From the NCBI GenBank assembly GCA_015069165.1, contig SVJD01000001.1:57485-121484 (forward strand): 64,000 bases of DNA, in the 5' to 3' direction. This DNA comes from Oscillospiraceae bacterium. GTDB lineage: Bacteria > Bacillota > Clostridia > UBA1212 > UBA1255. The notes under the pieces are model-generated. The model saw only the letters and a list, made by a program, of their open reading frames with translations. It was not told where the DNA came from and did not search any database. Shown in pieces: positions 7,441 to 17,430 of this stretch. The position numbers were made by a program, and so were the translations under genes. Every line of letters starts with the position of its first letter. Within the stretch, counting starts at the first letter, position 1.

Positions 7441-10116
7441 TTACTGCTTAAGCAGAGGCATTACATCTTCTTCTCTGAGCCGCCATGTATTAATAAAGTC
7501 AAACTCTGCAAATGTCGATTTGTCCTTCATTTGTTCAGAAGATACAGCATTTGCGCCTGAATATTTAGTTCCTGTTGCAGTTGCCGGAGTGCCGTTATCG
7601 AGATAATAACAACCCTTTATACTATCTTCTGCGTTTTGAATTTCACCAGCTATAGAGCCGGAGCTTGTAGCACCCGAAACAGTACCTGTGTTATAGCAAT
7701 TAATAATAGGTGTTTTAGAGAAATCTTTACCAACAATACCGCCGGCAAATTGAACACCGGTTACACTTCCTAAATTGAAACAATCAGATATTTCGTCGTT
7801 GTCATCAAGTGTAGATCTGCCGATAATACCGCCCATATACATTTCGCCTGAAATATTGCCGCTATTCCAACACTTCTGTATATGAAGATTATAGCCCGAC
7901 AAACCTACTATACCGCCGGAACAGTAATACGGCTGAAGAACCCCGCCGTAATCTTCTGTTGTATCATAATCCTCTGCCCAATCATTAGTTACATTTCCAA
8001 GGTTATAGCAATTTTTAATATATGAGTTTGAAACTGAGCCGTAGTTATATCCGAGAATACCGCCTGAAGATACTGAGCAGCCTAAGCCGGACTGTGCGGA
8101 AATATTTCCTGTGTTATAGCAATTCTCAATAGTATCTGCATAATTGTAGCCTTTTATGCCGCCTACATATACAGTAATACTGTATACGTTAAAGGTATTT
8201 TCACAAGATGCATACATTTTCAGATTACCCGTGTTATAGCAGTTGCTTATTTTTCCGTCCTCACCTGCAATGCCGCCTAAAGCGCCGCTTTGTCTTGTTT
8301 TGATATTGATATCGGCTTCGTTATAGCAATTGGTGATAGTTGCACCGTCTGCATTTCCCATTAAACCTCCGAAATCTCCGGAACGCGCAGTAATATCAAT
8401 ACTACCCTTTACAAAGCAGTTATCAATTATACACCCATTTTTGTTATTCCAGCCCATAGTGCTGTTGGATATAGCTCCGCCTGCTGACTCTTTATCCTCT
8501 GTATCTGCAGTATGATTTATTTCCATACCGAGATTCTTAATAGTAGCATTTCCAATATAACCGAAGAGCTGTTTTGACATATTCTTCATTGTATATCCGT
8601 TGCCGTCAAGAACACCGTAGAATACTGCCGGAATATCATATTCCGCAGGGAAAGTGATATCATTCATCAATATGTATTTTGCAGTGTTAATCTCGTTTGC
8701 GTGTACTCTGATAGATGTAAGGAGTGTTGTTTCTCTGGGACAACTGTCTGTAATTTTCTTAAAGTCTTCATAAGAATATATACCTGAATAACCCTCGGGT
8801 ACTTCAGTTTTTTTCTCGACTTCAACAATAAATCCGTCGTGGAGCTCAAAACCGTTGTGAACAACATATTTTTGTTTCATAAGACGAACAAATATGTTAT
8901 TAATCATATTATAATATTCTTCACAGTAATCTGTCTGTGTGTTATACCATTTTTTGATGGTGTCCTCTTCATTTTTAAAGCCGTCAAGCATCTTAGATAT
9001 AACCGAAAGCACTCCTGCATCTTCTTGATTGAGGCTGTATATGAGATACTCTCCGCGAAGATGTGTGGCAATGAGCATTTTATAAAGCTCAGCCTTTGCA
9101 CGAATGTTACTGTAAGTAGCCTGAGCACTGTCGCTCTTAGATACTGTTATTTTGTTGTTTGCCGCAATGAGTGCCTCTGCAATATCTGTCATTGCAACCA
9201 TTTCGTTGTGGCGTCTGAATGTGTTTGTTGTGCCAAAAAGTATATCTCCGCCCATCATTACTGTCTTAAATACAGCTTTACCGGTAGATACGAGAGAATC
9301 AAGGGATTTAAAAGCCTTTTCACCGTAATCTACATAATCTTTTACGACAGTATCAGTTTTATATGCATCAACTTTTTTCAGAAGTCCGAAGCCCAACTTT
9401 CCGAGAAAATTGTCAACGGAAAATACTGCAATCTCTTCTGATGCGGAGGAAACAAAATTCATTCTTTCCTTATACAGAAGCTGATTTGCAGAACGAAGCT
9501 CCCCTGCCGCTTCCTTCATATCCGCATTATCCGTGTTGTCGTAAATTGCTTTAAGGAAAGTTTCTGCGTTCATATAGTTACGAACGCAAAGCTCGTAATA
9601 TTTAAGTTCATTTGTTGTATTTACAGCTAACTCAATTCCTGTCGAAGCAAGCTTGAGTCCGTCGGCAATTTTTTCCGCCGTACCGTCAATTCCCGCAACC
9701 GTTGCAGCAATATCAAAAACATCAAAAGCGTACTCTTTGACATTCTTCATATTGTCATACTGACCTTGCGTTTCAATCTGTTGAGCCAAATCACATTCAA
9801 TAACAGCGATCATGTTTGTAAGCACCTGAGCGTAGTATTTCTTGTCAGGTGTCTCACCTATAACTTTGTTTGCAATGCTTATAAACTTTGATGCTGTCTT
9901 TCTCTCTGCCATCGAATCTACATAAGTCCAATAAGCAAGACCGTCTTTTTTAAAGAACATAGTTTCAACCATGGCTTGAATATTTTCGTAATCGTAGTAA
10001 AGTTCCTCTATATCCGCATCAGTGTACAAAAAGCCGGGATCCTCAGCGCTAACCGTAAATGTAAGAGAAGTTACGCAGATAATAAGAGCAAGTAATATTG
10101 CTGATATTCTTTTCAT
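7441..10116 (-). CDS. Secreted GLUG-motif repeat protein (891 aa)
   Basis: There is an N-terminal signal peptide. The C-terminal half carries about 9 repeats of ..NCYNTGN(I/V)sg...GGI(V/A)G.. (GLUG motif). Confidence 0.5.
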   Translation of the reverse strand: MKRISAILLALIICVTSLTFTVSAEDPGFLYTDADIEELYYDYENIQAMVETMFFKKDGLAYWTYVDSMAERKTASKFISIANKVIGETPDKKYYAQVLTNMIAVIECDLAQQIETQGQYDNMKNVKEYAFDVFDIAATVAGIDGTAEKIADGLKLASTGIELAVNTTNELKYYELCVRNYMNAETFLKAIYDNTDNADMKEAAGELRSANQLLYKERMNFVSSASEEIAVFSVDNFLGKLGFGLLKKVDAYKTDTVVKDYVDYGEKAFKSLDSLVSTGKAVFKTVMMGGDILFGTTNTFRRHNEMVAMTDIAEALIAANNKITVSKSDSAQATYSNIRAKAELYKMLIATHLRGEYLIYSLNQEDAGVLSVISKMLDGFKNEEDTIKKWYNTQTDYCEEYYNMINNIFVRLMKQKYVVHNGFELHDGFIVEVEKKTEVPEGYSGIYSYEDFKKITDSCPRETTLLTSIRVHANEINTAKYILMNDITFPAEYDIPAVFYGVLDGNGYTMKNMSKQLFGYIGNATIKNLGMEINHTADTEDKESAGGAISNSTMGWNNKNGCIIDNCFVKGSIDITARSGDFGGLMGNADGATITNCYNEADINIKTRQSGALGGIAGEDGKISNCYNTGNLKMYASCENTFNVYSITVYVGGIKGYNYADTIENCYNTGNISAQSGLGCSVSSGGILGYNYGSVSNSYIKNCYNLGNVTNDWAEDYDTTEDYGGVLQPYYCSGGIVGLSGYNLHIQKCWNSGNISGEMYMGGIIGRSTLDDNDEISDCFNLGSVTGVQFAGGIVGKDFSKTPIINCYNTGTVSGATSSGSIAGEIQNAEDSIKGCYYLDNGTPATATGTKYSGANAVSSEQMKDKSTFAEFDFINTWRLREEDVMPLLKQ

Positions 10117-10589
10117 TTCTGTGCCGCCTCCTTTTCAAGAACAGCGTTAATAGCCTTTACAAGCTCTTCTTCCATAAAGCTCTTAATAAGCTCATCGCTT
10201 TTTACAACTTCGCTTCCGGTATTATAATCAGTTTCTACAGTAGCATATCCGCTGTATTCAACAGTAGTGTACTCTTTCTGATTTACAGCCTTGGCAACAG
10301 CCTTTTCAATATCTTCTTCACCCATAGCCGCAATAAATAGTTCTGTATAATTCGGAATTTGTGCTACAACGCGAACACGCGTTTCAAGTCTTAACTGCTC
10401 AGGTTCACCCGTGGTAAATTTGATTCCGTCAAGACTGATTTCATTAATTAATTGGTCTATTATTTCTTGCTGTTTATTGTCCTTATTTTCTTCGGAATCA
10501 TTTTTCTCCGAAGACGTACTGCTATTGCCGCACGCAACCAAGAAAACGGTTGCAAGAACAAGCAAAAAACACAACAATCTTTTTTTCAT
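10113..10589 (-). CDS. Lipoprotein (signal peptide with LVAC lipobox), co-transcribed with GLUG protein
   Basis: The ORF was trimmed to the internal start MKKRLLCFLLVLATVFLVACGN, which has an AAGGAGA ribosome-binding site. Its stop overlaps the start of the downstream gene. Confidence 0.5.
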   Translation of the reverse strand: MKKRLLCFLLVLATVFLVACGNSSTSSEKNDSEENKDNKQQEIIDQLINEISLDGIKFTTGEPEQLRLETRVRVVAQIPNYTELFIAAMGEEDIEKAVAKAVNQKEYTTVEYSGYATVETDYNTGSEVVKSDELIKSFMEEELVKAINAVLEKEAAQK

Positions 10590-10722
10590 ATTCTGTCTCC
10601 TTTTAAAGTGTTTCACTGCATTATACACAATTATATTCTAAATAACAATTATATAAATTTGCATTTTTGAATAATTTTTTCTCCCTTTGCAAACTATACT
10701 CTCAAAACTTCGGAGGTAAACT

Positions 10723-10821
10723 ATGAGTAACAGATTAGCAAAAGAAACAAGCCCGTATTTGCTCCGGCATAAAGATAATCCGGTTGATTGGTATACGTGG
10801 TGTGATGAAAGCACTTGCTAA
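10723..10821 (+). pseudogene. Truncated remnant (32 codons) of a DUF255/YyaL thioredoxin-domain protein
   Basis: A GGAGGT ribosome-binding site precedes [32 protein letters not shown]. This matches the conserved N-terminus (M..LA.E.SPYLLQHA.NPVDW.PW) of roughly 680-aa DUF255 proteins and then stops. Confidence 0.55.
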
Positions 10822-10908
10822 ACTACAACTTGATTTCATTTCAAAACGAGCTGCTGTATACCCCGCCGGTCACGCAATGTATTTATTGGCTTTATTGGAA
10901 TACAACAA

Positions 10909-12450
10909 TTAAATCTTTTTCCAAGTTCTTTTACTGAAAAGAATAATCACGGGCAATATTTCAAGTCTTCCCAGCATCATAGTGAGCGTAAGAATAATTT
11001 TAGAAAAACCACAGTATGCAGCATAAGAAACATATGGTCCTACTGCTTCAAAACCCGGTCCTATATTCGAAATACATGCAAGAGTGGCAGAAAAATTAGT
11101 CGTAAATCCATGAGTTACTTCGTATGAACCGGCATCAGAAACAACTTGCACTGTTTGCCCGTTTGCAGGGTCAAAAGCTAAAAGAAAAATAACCATAAAC
11201 AATATAAAAATATACAATGTAATAAATGCAAATACATCGTTTATTGTTTTTTGTTCTAATGTCTTACCTTCAAATTTAGCTTTTGGTACATATCTTGGAT
11301 TAATTAACTTTCTAATGTTTATATAAAGACCTTTTCCTGCCATTACAAGTCTTGAAAGTTTAATACCGCCGGCAGTTGAACCTGCCATGGCACCTGTAAA
11401 CATAAGAAGATAAAGCACAGTAGTTGCAATCACCGGCCACGCGTTATAATCTGTTGTGGTGTATCCGGTAGTTGTCATTATAGACGAAACTTGGAATAAA
11501 GAATGTCTGAATGCTTCTTCGGTTGTATAATTTTGAGGAAAATTCCGGATTTGTACAATTAAACTAACAAAAATTAAAGCAACGGCTCCGATAATTATAC
11601 CTAAATATGCTTTGAGTTCTTCACTTCTGAAAACATCTTTGATTTTGCCGATAAGAATTAAATAATAAAGACTGAAATTACAACCGAACAGTATTAAAAA
11701 TATCGCCATAACATATTGCGAAAAAGGATTAAATAACTCAATACTTCCCGGAAGAACACCAAATCCTCCTGTACCTGCACAACCGAATGTTGTAACTACG
11801 CTTATAAAAAATTGATCGCTTTCATATCCGGGTATAGGTTTATCCATCATTAAAATGATAACTTCAAGAACAGTCATTCCGCAATAAATCAGATAGAGAA
11901 TTCTTGTAGTTACTTTCATTTTTGACGCAATTTTACCTACTTGAGGTCCGGGGCTTTCTGCACGAAGCAAATGCATAGATGAACCGTCGTTGCTCTCGGG
12001 TATAAAAATAAGCACGAAAACGAGAATACCCATTCCGCCTATCCAGTGAGAAAAACTTCTCCAAAACAGCGAGGAATGTTCAAGTTTTGTTATGTCGGTA
12101 ATAATACTTGCTCCTGTAGTCGTAAATCCTGACATTATTTCAAAACAAGCGTCGATATAATTCGGTATATCACCGTTTAGTACAAAAGGCAATGCACCAA
12201 ATAAAGTCATAATTATCCACACCAAACCTGTGAGTGCAAAGCCTTCCTTTTGATAAAGATTGTTTCTTGTTGGTTTTGGTATTTGGAGTAAAAAACCGAT
12301 AATTGTCAATAATAAAATCGGAATCAGAAAAGATAATTTATATTTAAAAGTTTCATTATAGATAAAACTGACAACCAAAGGAGCAATCATTAGAATTGCC
12401 TCTAAAATCATAATTTTACCTAAAATTTTACCTAATTTCCTGTAGTTCAT
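10909..12450 (-). CDS. trkH: Trk/Ktr potassium uptake protein, TrkH family membrane subunit
   Basis: The 513-aa protein is polytopic and has a TrkH-like repeat architecture. It lies immediately downstream of trkA. Confidence 0.8.
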   Translation of the reverse strand: MNYRKLGKILGKIMILEAILMIAPLVVSFIYNETFKYKLSFLIPILLLTIIGFLLQIPKPTRNNLYQKEGFALTGLVWIIMTLFGALPFVLNGDIPNYIDACFEIMSGFTTTGASIITDITKLEHSSLFWRSFSHWIGGMGILVFVLIFIPESNDGSSMHLLRAESPGPQVGKIASKMKVTTRILYLIYCGMTVLEVIILMMDKPIPGYESDQFFISVVTTFGCAGTGGFGVLPGSIELFNPFSQYVMAIFLILFGCNFSLYYLILIGKIKDVFRSEELKAYLGIIIGAVALIFVSLIVQIRNFPQNYTTEEAFRHSLFQVSSIMTTTGYTTTDYNAWPVIATTVLYLLMFTGAMAGSTAGGIKLSRLVMAGKGLYINIRKLINPRYVPKAKFEGKTLEQKTINDVFAFITLYIFILFMVIFLLAFDPANGQTVQVVSDAGSYEVTHGFTTNFSATLACISNIGPGFEAVGPYVSYAAYCGFSKIILTLTMMLGRLEILPVIILFSKRTWKKI

Positions 12451-12459
12451 AACATCACC

Positions 12460-13815
12460 TTACTCGAATACATCATTAAGATCGTCGAAGTTTTTATGCG
12501 TAGTTACAACCACAACATTATCACCAAGTTTAATCTCTGAATTACCGTTGGGAATTATAATTTCATTCTTGCGGATAATGCAGGCAATCAAACAATTCTT
12601 TTTAATATTCAAATCACGCAGAGGCTTGTTATAAAAGTATTCTTCTCTTTTTGCAGCAAACTCTAAAGCTTCTACTTGGTCATTTACAAGTTGATACATT
12701 GTCAAAACGTTACTGCCTACAGAATTTGCCAATGCACGGATATAACTAATTATTCTGCCGGCAACTATGTGTTTCGGCGAAACATTATTTATAATACCAA
12801 GCTCATCAAGCATTCCGTAAAGGTCATCGCTTTTTATCTGAGTAATGGATTTTTTTACTTTTTTCTTATTTGCAAACATTGAAACAATCATATTTTCTTC
12901 GTCAATGTCAGTAAGCGCAACAAAAGCATCCATTGTTTCAATACCTTCTTCTATGAGAAGGTCGTGCTGCGTTCCGTTTCCGGCAATTACGGTAACACGA
13001 GGCAAAAGCTCGGCAAGTTCCTCTGCTTTTACAGTATCGTGCTCTATAAGTTTTACTTTATATTTTTTATTCGAAAGAGAATCCGCAAGATAATATCCGA
13101 TTCTTCCTCCGCCTACAATCATAATATTTTTTAAAGGCGATTTTACGAGATTTACCTCTGCAAGAAAATCACCCAGTGATCTTGCAGCAGATGTAAAGTG
13201 AATCTTGTCCCCTGCTTCGATTTTAAAAGTACCTGACGGAATTATTACATTGTCGCCGCGTTGTACAGCACAAATCAAAACTTTAGATTGCAATTTTTTA
13301 CCAAGCGAAATAAGCGTTTCTCCTACGAGCGGGCATCCGGCTTCAACAACAATTTCAACAAGAGTAACTTTTCCCTTGGCAAAATGCTCGATTTGAGCAA
13401 CTGAGGGAAGGTTTATAATATTAAAAATCTCATTTGCCATTTCTCTTTCGGGATTTACAATCATGGCAATACCGAGGTCATCTTTCATATTGATAATCTG
13501 TTTTCTGTAATCGGGATTACGAACACGGGCAATTGTATTTTTTACACCTATTTTCTTTGCAACTAAACAAGCAAACACATTTAATTCATCGCTGTTTGTG
13601 AGTACTATGGCCAAATCGGCATCTTCCATTCCGGCTTCTTTTTGTATATCAAGACAAGCACCGTTTCCCACAAGACCGTATACATCATATCTTTCAATGA
13701 GATTTTCAATAGTTGTTTTATCTTCATCAATGATGGTAATTGTATGATCTTCACCCGAAAGATTTTTTAATATCGTCTCACCGATTGTTCCGAGACCTAT
13801 AATAACTATCTTCAT
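12460..13815 (-). CDS. trkA: Trk system potassium uptake protein TrkA (two NAD-binding RCK domains)
   Basis: The N-terminus is MKIVIIGLGTIGETIL, and a second Rossmann motif IMIVGGGRIGYYLA follows. Confidence 0.85.
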   Translation of the reverse strand: MKIVIIGLGTIGETILKNLSGEDHTITIIDEDKTTIENLIERYDVYGLVGNGACLDIQKEAGMEDADLAIVLTNSDELNVFACLVAKKIGVKNTIARVRNPDYRKQIINMKDDLGIAMIVNPEREMANEIFNIINLPSVAQIEHFAKGKVTLVEIVVEAGCPLVGETLISLGKKLQSKVLICAVQRGDNVIIPSGTFKIEAGDKIHFTSAARSLGDFLAEVNLVKSPLKNIMIVGGGRIGYYLADSLSNKKYKVKLIEHDTVKAEELAELLPRVTVIAGNGTQHDLLIEEGIETMDAFVALTDIDEENMIVSMFANKKKVKKSITQIKSDDLYGMLDELGIINNVSPKHIVAGRIISYIRALANSVGSNVLTMYQLVNDQVEALEFAAKREEYFYNKPLRDLNIKKNCLIACIIRKNEIIIPNGNSEIKLGDNVVVVTTHKNFDDLNDVFE

Positions 13816-13947
13816 ATAAAAACCGCCTCAACCCTTAGATTCATGAGCATAGAAACTTTACTATAGATGTATCAGTTTTGTCAATACAGGAATATTCTGT
13901 ATTATTGTGCATAAAATTTAGTTATTCAATACAATAGGCGGTATTTT

Positions 13948-14472
13948 ATGAAAAAAGATTTGACACTTTGGCAAATTATAGGTTTTGGTTTCACATCTTT
14001 AGGTGGAACACTTTTACATTTTCTGTATGAATTTACTAATGAAAGTTTTTGGAGTGCTCCGTTTTCAGCCGTAAATGAATCAACATGGGAGCACATGAAA
14101 TTGCTCTTTTTTCCCCTATTCATTTACGCACTGATACAAAGCAGATATTTTAAAGAATATAAAAACTTTTGGTGTATAAAACTTGCCGGAATTACAACAG
14201 GGCTTGTCATAATTCCGGCTTTGTTTTACACATATAACGGAGCATTCGGGAAATCTCCCGACTGGCTGAATATTACAATTTTTTTCATAGGTGCCTTTAT
14301 AGCTTTTCTTCTGGAAACTTGGCTTTTTAAGAACAATATTATCAAATGCCGAAAACCGCTTCCGGCTTTTATATTACTTGTTCTGATATGTATACTTTTT
14401 GTTTTTTTTACATTCACAACACCCAAATTACCGATTTTTCGAGATCCGATCACAGGCACATACGGTATTTAA
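13948..14472 (+). CDS. Small integral membrane protein (hypothetical)
   Basis: The 174-aa protein has 5 predicted transmembrane segments and no recognisable catalytic motif. Confidence 0.35.
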   Translation: MKKDLTLWQIIGFGFTSLGGTLLHFLYEFTNESFWSAPFSAVNESTWEHMKLLFFPLFIYALIQSRYFKEYKNFWCIKLAGITTGLVIIPALFYTYNGAFGKSPDWLNITIFFIGAFIAFLLETWLFKNNIIKCRKPLPAFILLVLICILFVFFTFTTPKLPIFRDPITGTYGI

Positions 14473-16026
14473 TTAAATTAAATTGATACGTTTTAAAGCT
14501 CTTTCTGCTCTGAGAACGGGGATGTTTTTTGCAAAGATACTTTCCTCATCACGATAATACTCAAAATTAAAAGCGGCATTGTGCAGTTTTTGGTGCAATT
14601 CTTGATATGTTTCATCTTCTGAACCGCATTCTTCCGTGGAAATATCTGTGCCGTACTTGTTATCAAGATGCTCCGAAAGACGAACGAGTTCAGGAATAGC
14701 AGCGTCACCCAAATCATCCATTGCACGCATATCAACGGTTTTTAACGAACCGTCAATATATCTGTTTACGTTGTAACTTGCTATAAGACCATCAATGTTA
14801 ATAACTGACAAAACAGTAAGTAAAACTACACAAACAGAAAAAGATACTGCAACAGCCTTAATGCGTTTTGTAAATTGACATATAAAAATAACTATGAATA
14901 TTGAAGCAATTACTATCATAAACCAGGTGGAATATACTCTTTTGGGTGTAAGACCGTAACTGTCAATGTACATAAGCATTTTTGCAATTGCCGTACTTAT
15001 AAGAACAAACGTACAAATCGCAAATACAATTGATATAATTTTTAGTGTAATTGAACGCTCTGCTACATTTCTTCTCATAAAGAGAACTACTGCAAATATA
15101 ACAAGAAGATTTATCAGAGAAACAATACAAAGTTGGAAAAAGCCCTCCCTTGCAAATTCCGCATAGCTGAATTCATCAGGCAGTGAACCAACAAAACCTG
15201 ATATATAATAATCCCACTGGGAAACAAAAAATATGACATATATAAACACAAGCGGAACTACGGCTGTTATAACGGTTAATTTCGGTGCGATTTTCAAAGA
15301 CTGATATGCCTTTGAACAATCTTCTGCTTTTATGGTTTCTTTGCCTTTGTTTTCAACAGAAGAAGCATACAAGCCGAAAAGATACATTCCTATCGGAATA
15401 GCAAAACCTAAGCTGCCTATGTGTGAAATAATAGTTTTTAAGTCAAAATCTATTATTTTTGCAAGTAAATCCAAGAAATTTGAATCATAAGACAATAAAC
15501 GGATAACAACAATTGTTGGTATTAATGTTAAACCAACGCCGATAAAAATTTTACCTATCATTTTACCGCTGGATTTTGCTTTGCCGGTAAACATTGCCAA
15601 AAACAGTTTCGAGATAGAAGCAAACGGTAAAACTATTATTGCCTTGAAGAAATCGAACAACATAAAATCAGAAAAATCATTTTTTATGTTGTTTCCCAAT
15701 ACTGAATATACAAAGTAGCAATATGCCGCCATTGCATAAGAGAATGTCCAAAAATACAAAAAAGTATTTGTAGAGACTAAAAGTGATACAGAAATGGCAA
15801 TTGCCGAAGCGGCCACAATTGTAGGCCAAGTTCTGAATTTATGTTTTTGTATTTTTAAAAATATTGCCGTAAAAGTAAAAACAGCTACAATAAACAAAAA
15901 ACCGCCTAACGGAAATTCCATAACGGGAAACGCCCTGCAAAAGGCATATCCGGCAAAATAACACAGCCAAGCGAATACAGATTCCGTCAACGAAAATGTT
16001 CTTTTTTCGATTAATTCGTTATTCAT
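14473..16026 (-). CDS. Polytopic membrane protein (hypothetical, DUF4153-like)
   Basis: The 517-aa protein has more than 10 hydrophobic helices. Confidence 0.35.
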   Translation of the reverse strand: MNNELIEKRTFSLTESVFAWLCYFAGYAFCRAFPVMEFPLGGFLFIVAVFTFTAIFLKIQKHKFRTWPTIVAASAIAISVSLLVSTNTFLYFWTFSYAMAAYCYFVYSVLGNNIKNDFSDFMLFDFFKAIIVLPFASISKLFLAMFTGKAKSSGKMIGKIFIGVGLTLIPTIVVIRLLSYDSNFLDLLAKIIDFDLKTIISHIGSLGFAIPIGMYLFGLYASSVENKGKETIKAEDCSKAYQSLKIAPKLTVITAVVPLVFIYVIFFVSQWDYYISGFVGSLPDEFSYAEFAREGFFQLCIVSLINLLVIFAVVLFMRRNVAERSITLKIISIVFAICTFVLISTAIAKMLMYIDSYGLTPKRVYSTWFMIVIASIFIVIFICQFTKRIKAVAVSFSVCVVLLTVLSVINIDGLIASYNVNRYIDGSLKTVDMRAMDDLGDAAIPELVRLSEHLDNKYGTDISTEECGSEDETYQELHQKLHNAAFNFEYYRDEESIFAKNIPVLRAERALKRINLI

Positions 16027-16140
16027 TATTCATTCCTCCTCGCTCAAATCTATTTACAATTTATATCAATTTTCAAACAAAGTCAATGTATTTATAAACA
16101 TTTTACATTTTGTATATAATAGCTTTATAAATAATTTATA

Positions 16141-17424
16141 TTGAAAGAAGGTTTTCACTTGAAAACGAATACATTAATTATCGGCGGCGGAATAACCGGG
16201 ATTCTGACTGCATACTTTTTACAGCAAAAAAATGTTCCGTATACTCTTGCGGAGAAGGACAAACTCCTTAGCGGTGTTACCAGACGAACAACGGCCAAAA
16301 TCACTTACCAACACAATTTGATATATTCTAAAATAGCTAAAATGTATGATGTTGAAACATCGCAAAAATATTTATGCGCAAACAAAGCGGCTTTCAACAA
16401 ATATAGCGAACTTTGTGCTGATATTGATTGTGATTACGAAATAAAAAACAATTATGTATATTCTTTAAATGACAGAAGTGTTCTTGAGCAGGAAGCGGAA
16501 ATTCTTGACAAAATCGGTTACCATGCCGATTTTGTCGAAAATCTTAAAATCCCCATTAAAACGGTCGGTGCGCTTTGTTTTAAATCACAAGCGCAATTCA
16601 ATGCATTGAAATTTTTAAAAGCAATTTCTCAAAATTTAAATATTTTAGAAGATACTTTTATTCACGACATCGACGGAAATACAGCGCACGCCGGCAATTT
16701 GGATATTAAAGCAGAAAAAATTATAGTTGCAACACACTTCCCTTTTATTAACAAGCATGGAAATTATTTCTTAAAATTATATCAAGACCGCTCTTATGTT
16801 ATTGCTTTGGAAAACGAAAAAAATCCGCAAGAATTATTTGTAGACGGTATGTATATTGATGAAAGCGGTAAGGGATTGTCTTACCGTAATTATGAAAATT
16901 ATTTATTTATCGGAGGCGGTAATCATCGAACGGGCAAAAAAGGCGGAAATTACGGTGTTTTAAGGGATTTTGCAGCAAAAACATATCCGAATGCAATCGA
17001 GAAGTATCACTGGGCTACACAAGACTGTATGAGCTTAGACGGTATTCCGTATATCGGAAATTACTCTGCAAACACACCGAATCTATATACGGCAACAGGG
17101 TTTAACAAATGGGGTATGACTTCTTCAATGGTTGCGGCAATGATACTTTGTGATATGGTTACGGGAGAAAAAAACACAGAAGAATTTGCCGACATTTTTA
17201 ATCCGTCCAGAAGTATATTAAAGCCGCAACTTATCGTTAACGGCTTTGAATCTGTTAAAAATCTGTTAACCTTTTCCTCAAAAAGATGTCCTCATTTAGG
17301 ATGTGCTCTTAAATGGAATCCTGCAGAACACACATGGGACTGCCCTTGCCATGGTTCAAGATTTACTCAAGAAGGCAAAGTTATTAACAATCCCGCAAAA
17401 AAAGATATTAAAAGCAAAAAATAA
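16141..17424 (+). CDS. FAD-dependent oxidoreductase with C-terminal Rieske [2Fe-2S] domain (YhfW-like)
   Basis: A GGGITG dinucleotide-binding motif is present. The C-terminus reads CPHLGCALKWN...CPCHGSRF (CxH...CxxH). Confidence 0.65.
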   Translation: MKEGFHLKTNTLIIGGGITGILTAYFLQQKNVPYTLAEKDKLLSGVTRRTTAKITYQHNLIYSKIAKMYDVETSQKYLCANKAAFNKYSELCADIDCDYEIKNNYVYSLNDRSVLEQEAEILDKIGYHADFVENLKIPIKTVGALCFKSQAQFNALKFLKAISQNLNILEDTFIHDIDGNTAHAGNLDIKAEKIIVATHFPFINKHGNYFLKLYQDRSYVIALENEKNPQELFVDGMYIDESGKGLSYRNYENYLFIGGGNHRTGKKGGNYGVLRDFAAKTYPNAIEKYHWATQDCMSLDGIPYIGNYSANTPNLYTATGFNKWGMTSSMVAAMILCDMVTGEKNTEEFADIFNPSRSILKPQLIVNGFESVKNLLTFSSKRCPHLGCALKWNPAEHTWDCPCHGSRFTQEGKVINNPAKKDIKSKK

Positions 17425-17430
17425 TTGTGC

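Noticed and set aside
8839-9441. A 200-aa plus-strand ORF inside the GLUG protein gene.
   Set aside because: It is antisense to a long signal-peptide-bearing ORF, has a Cys/Phe-rich low-complexity translation, and has no ribosome-binding site.
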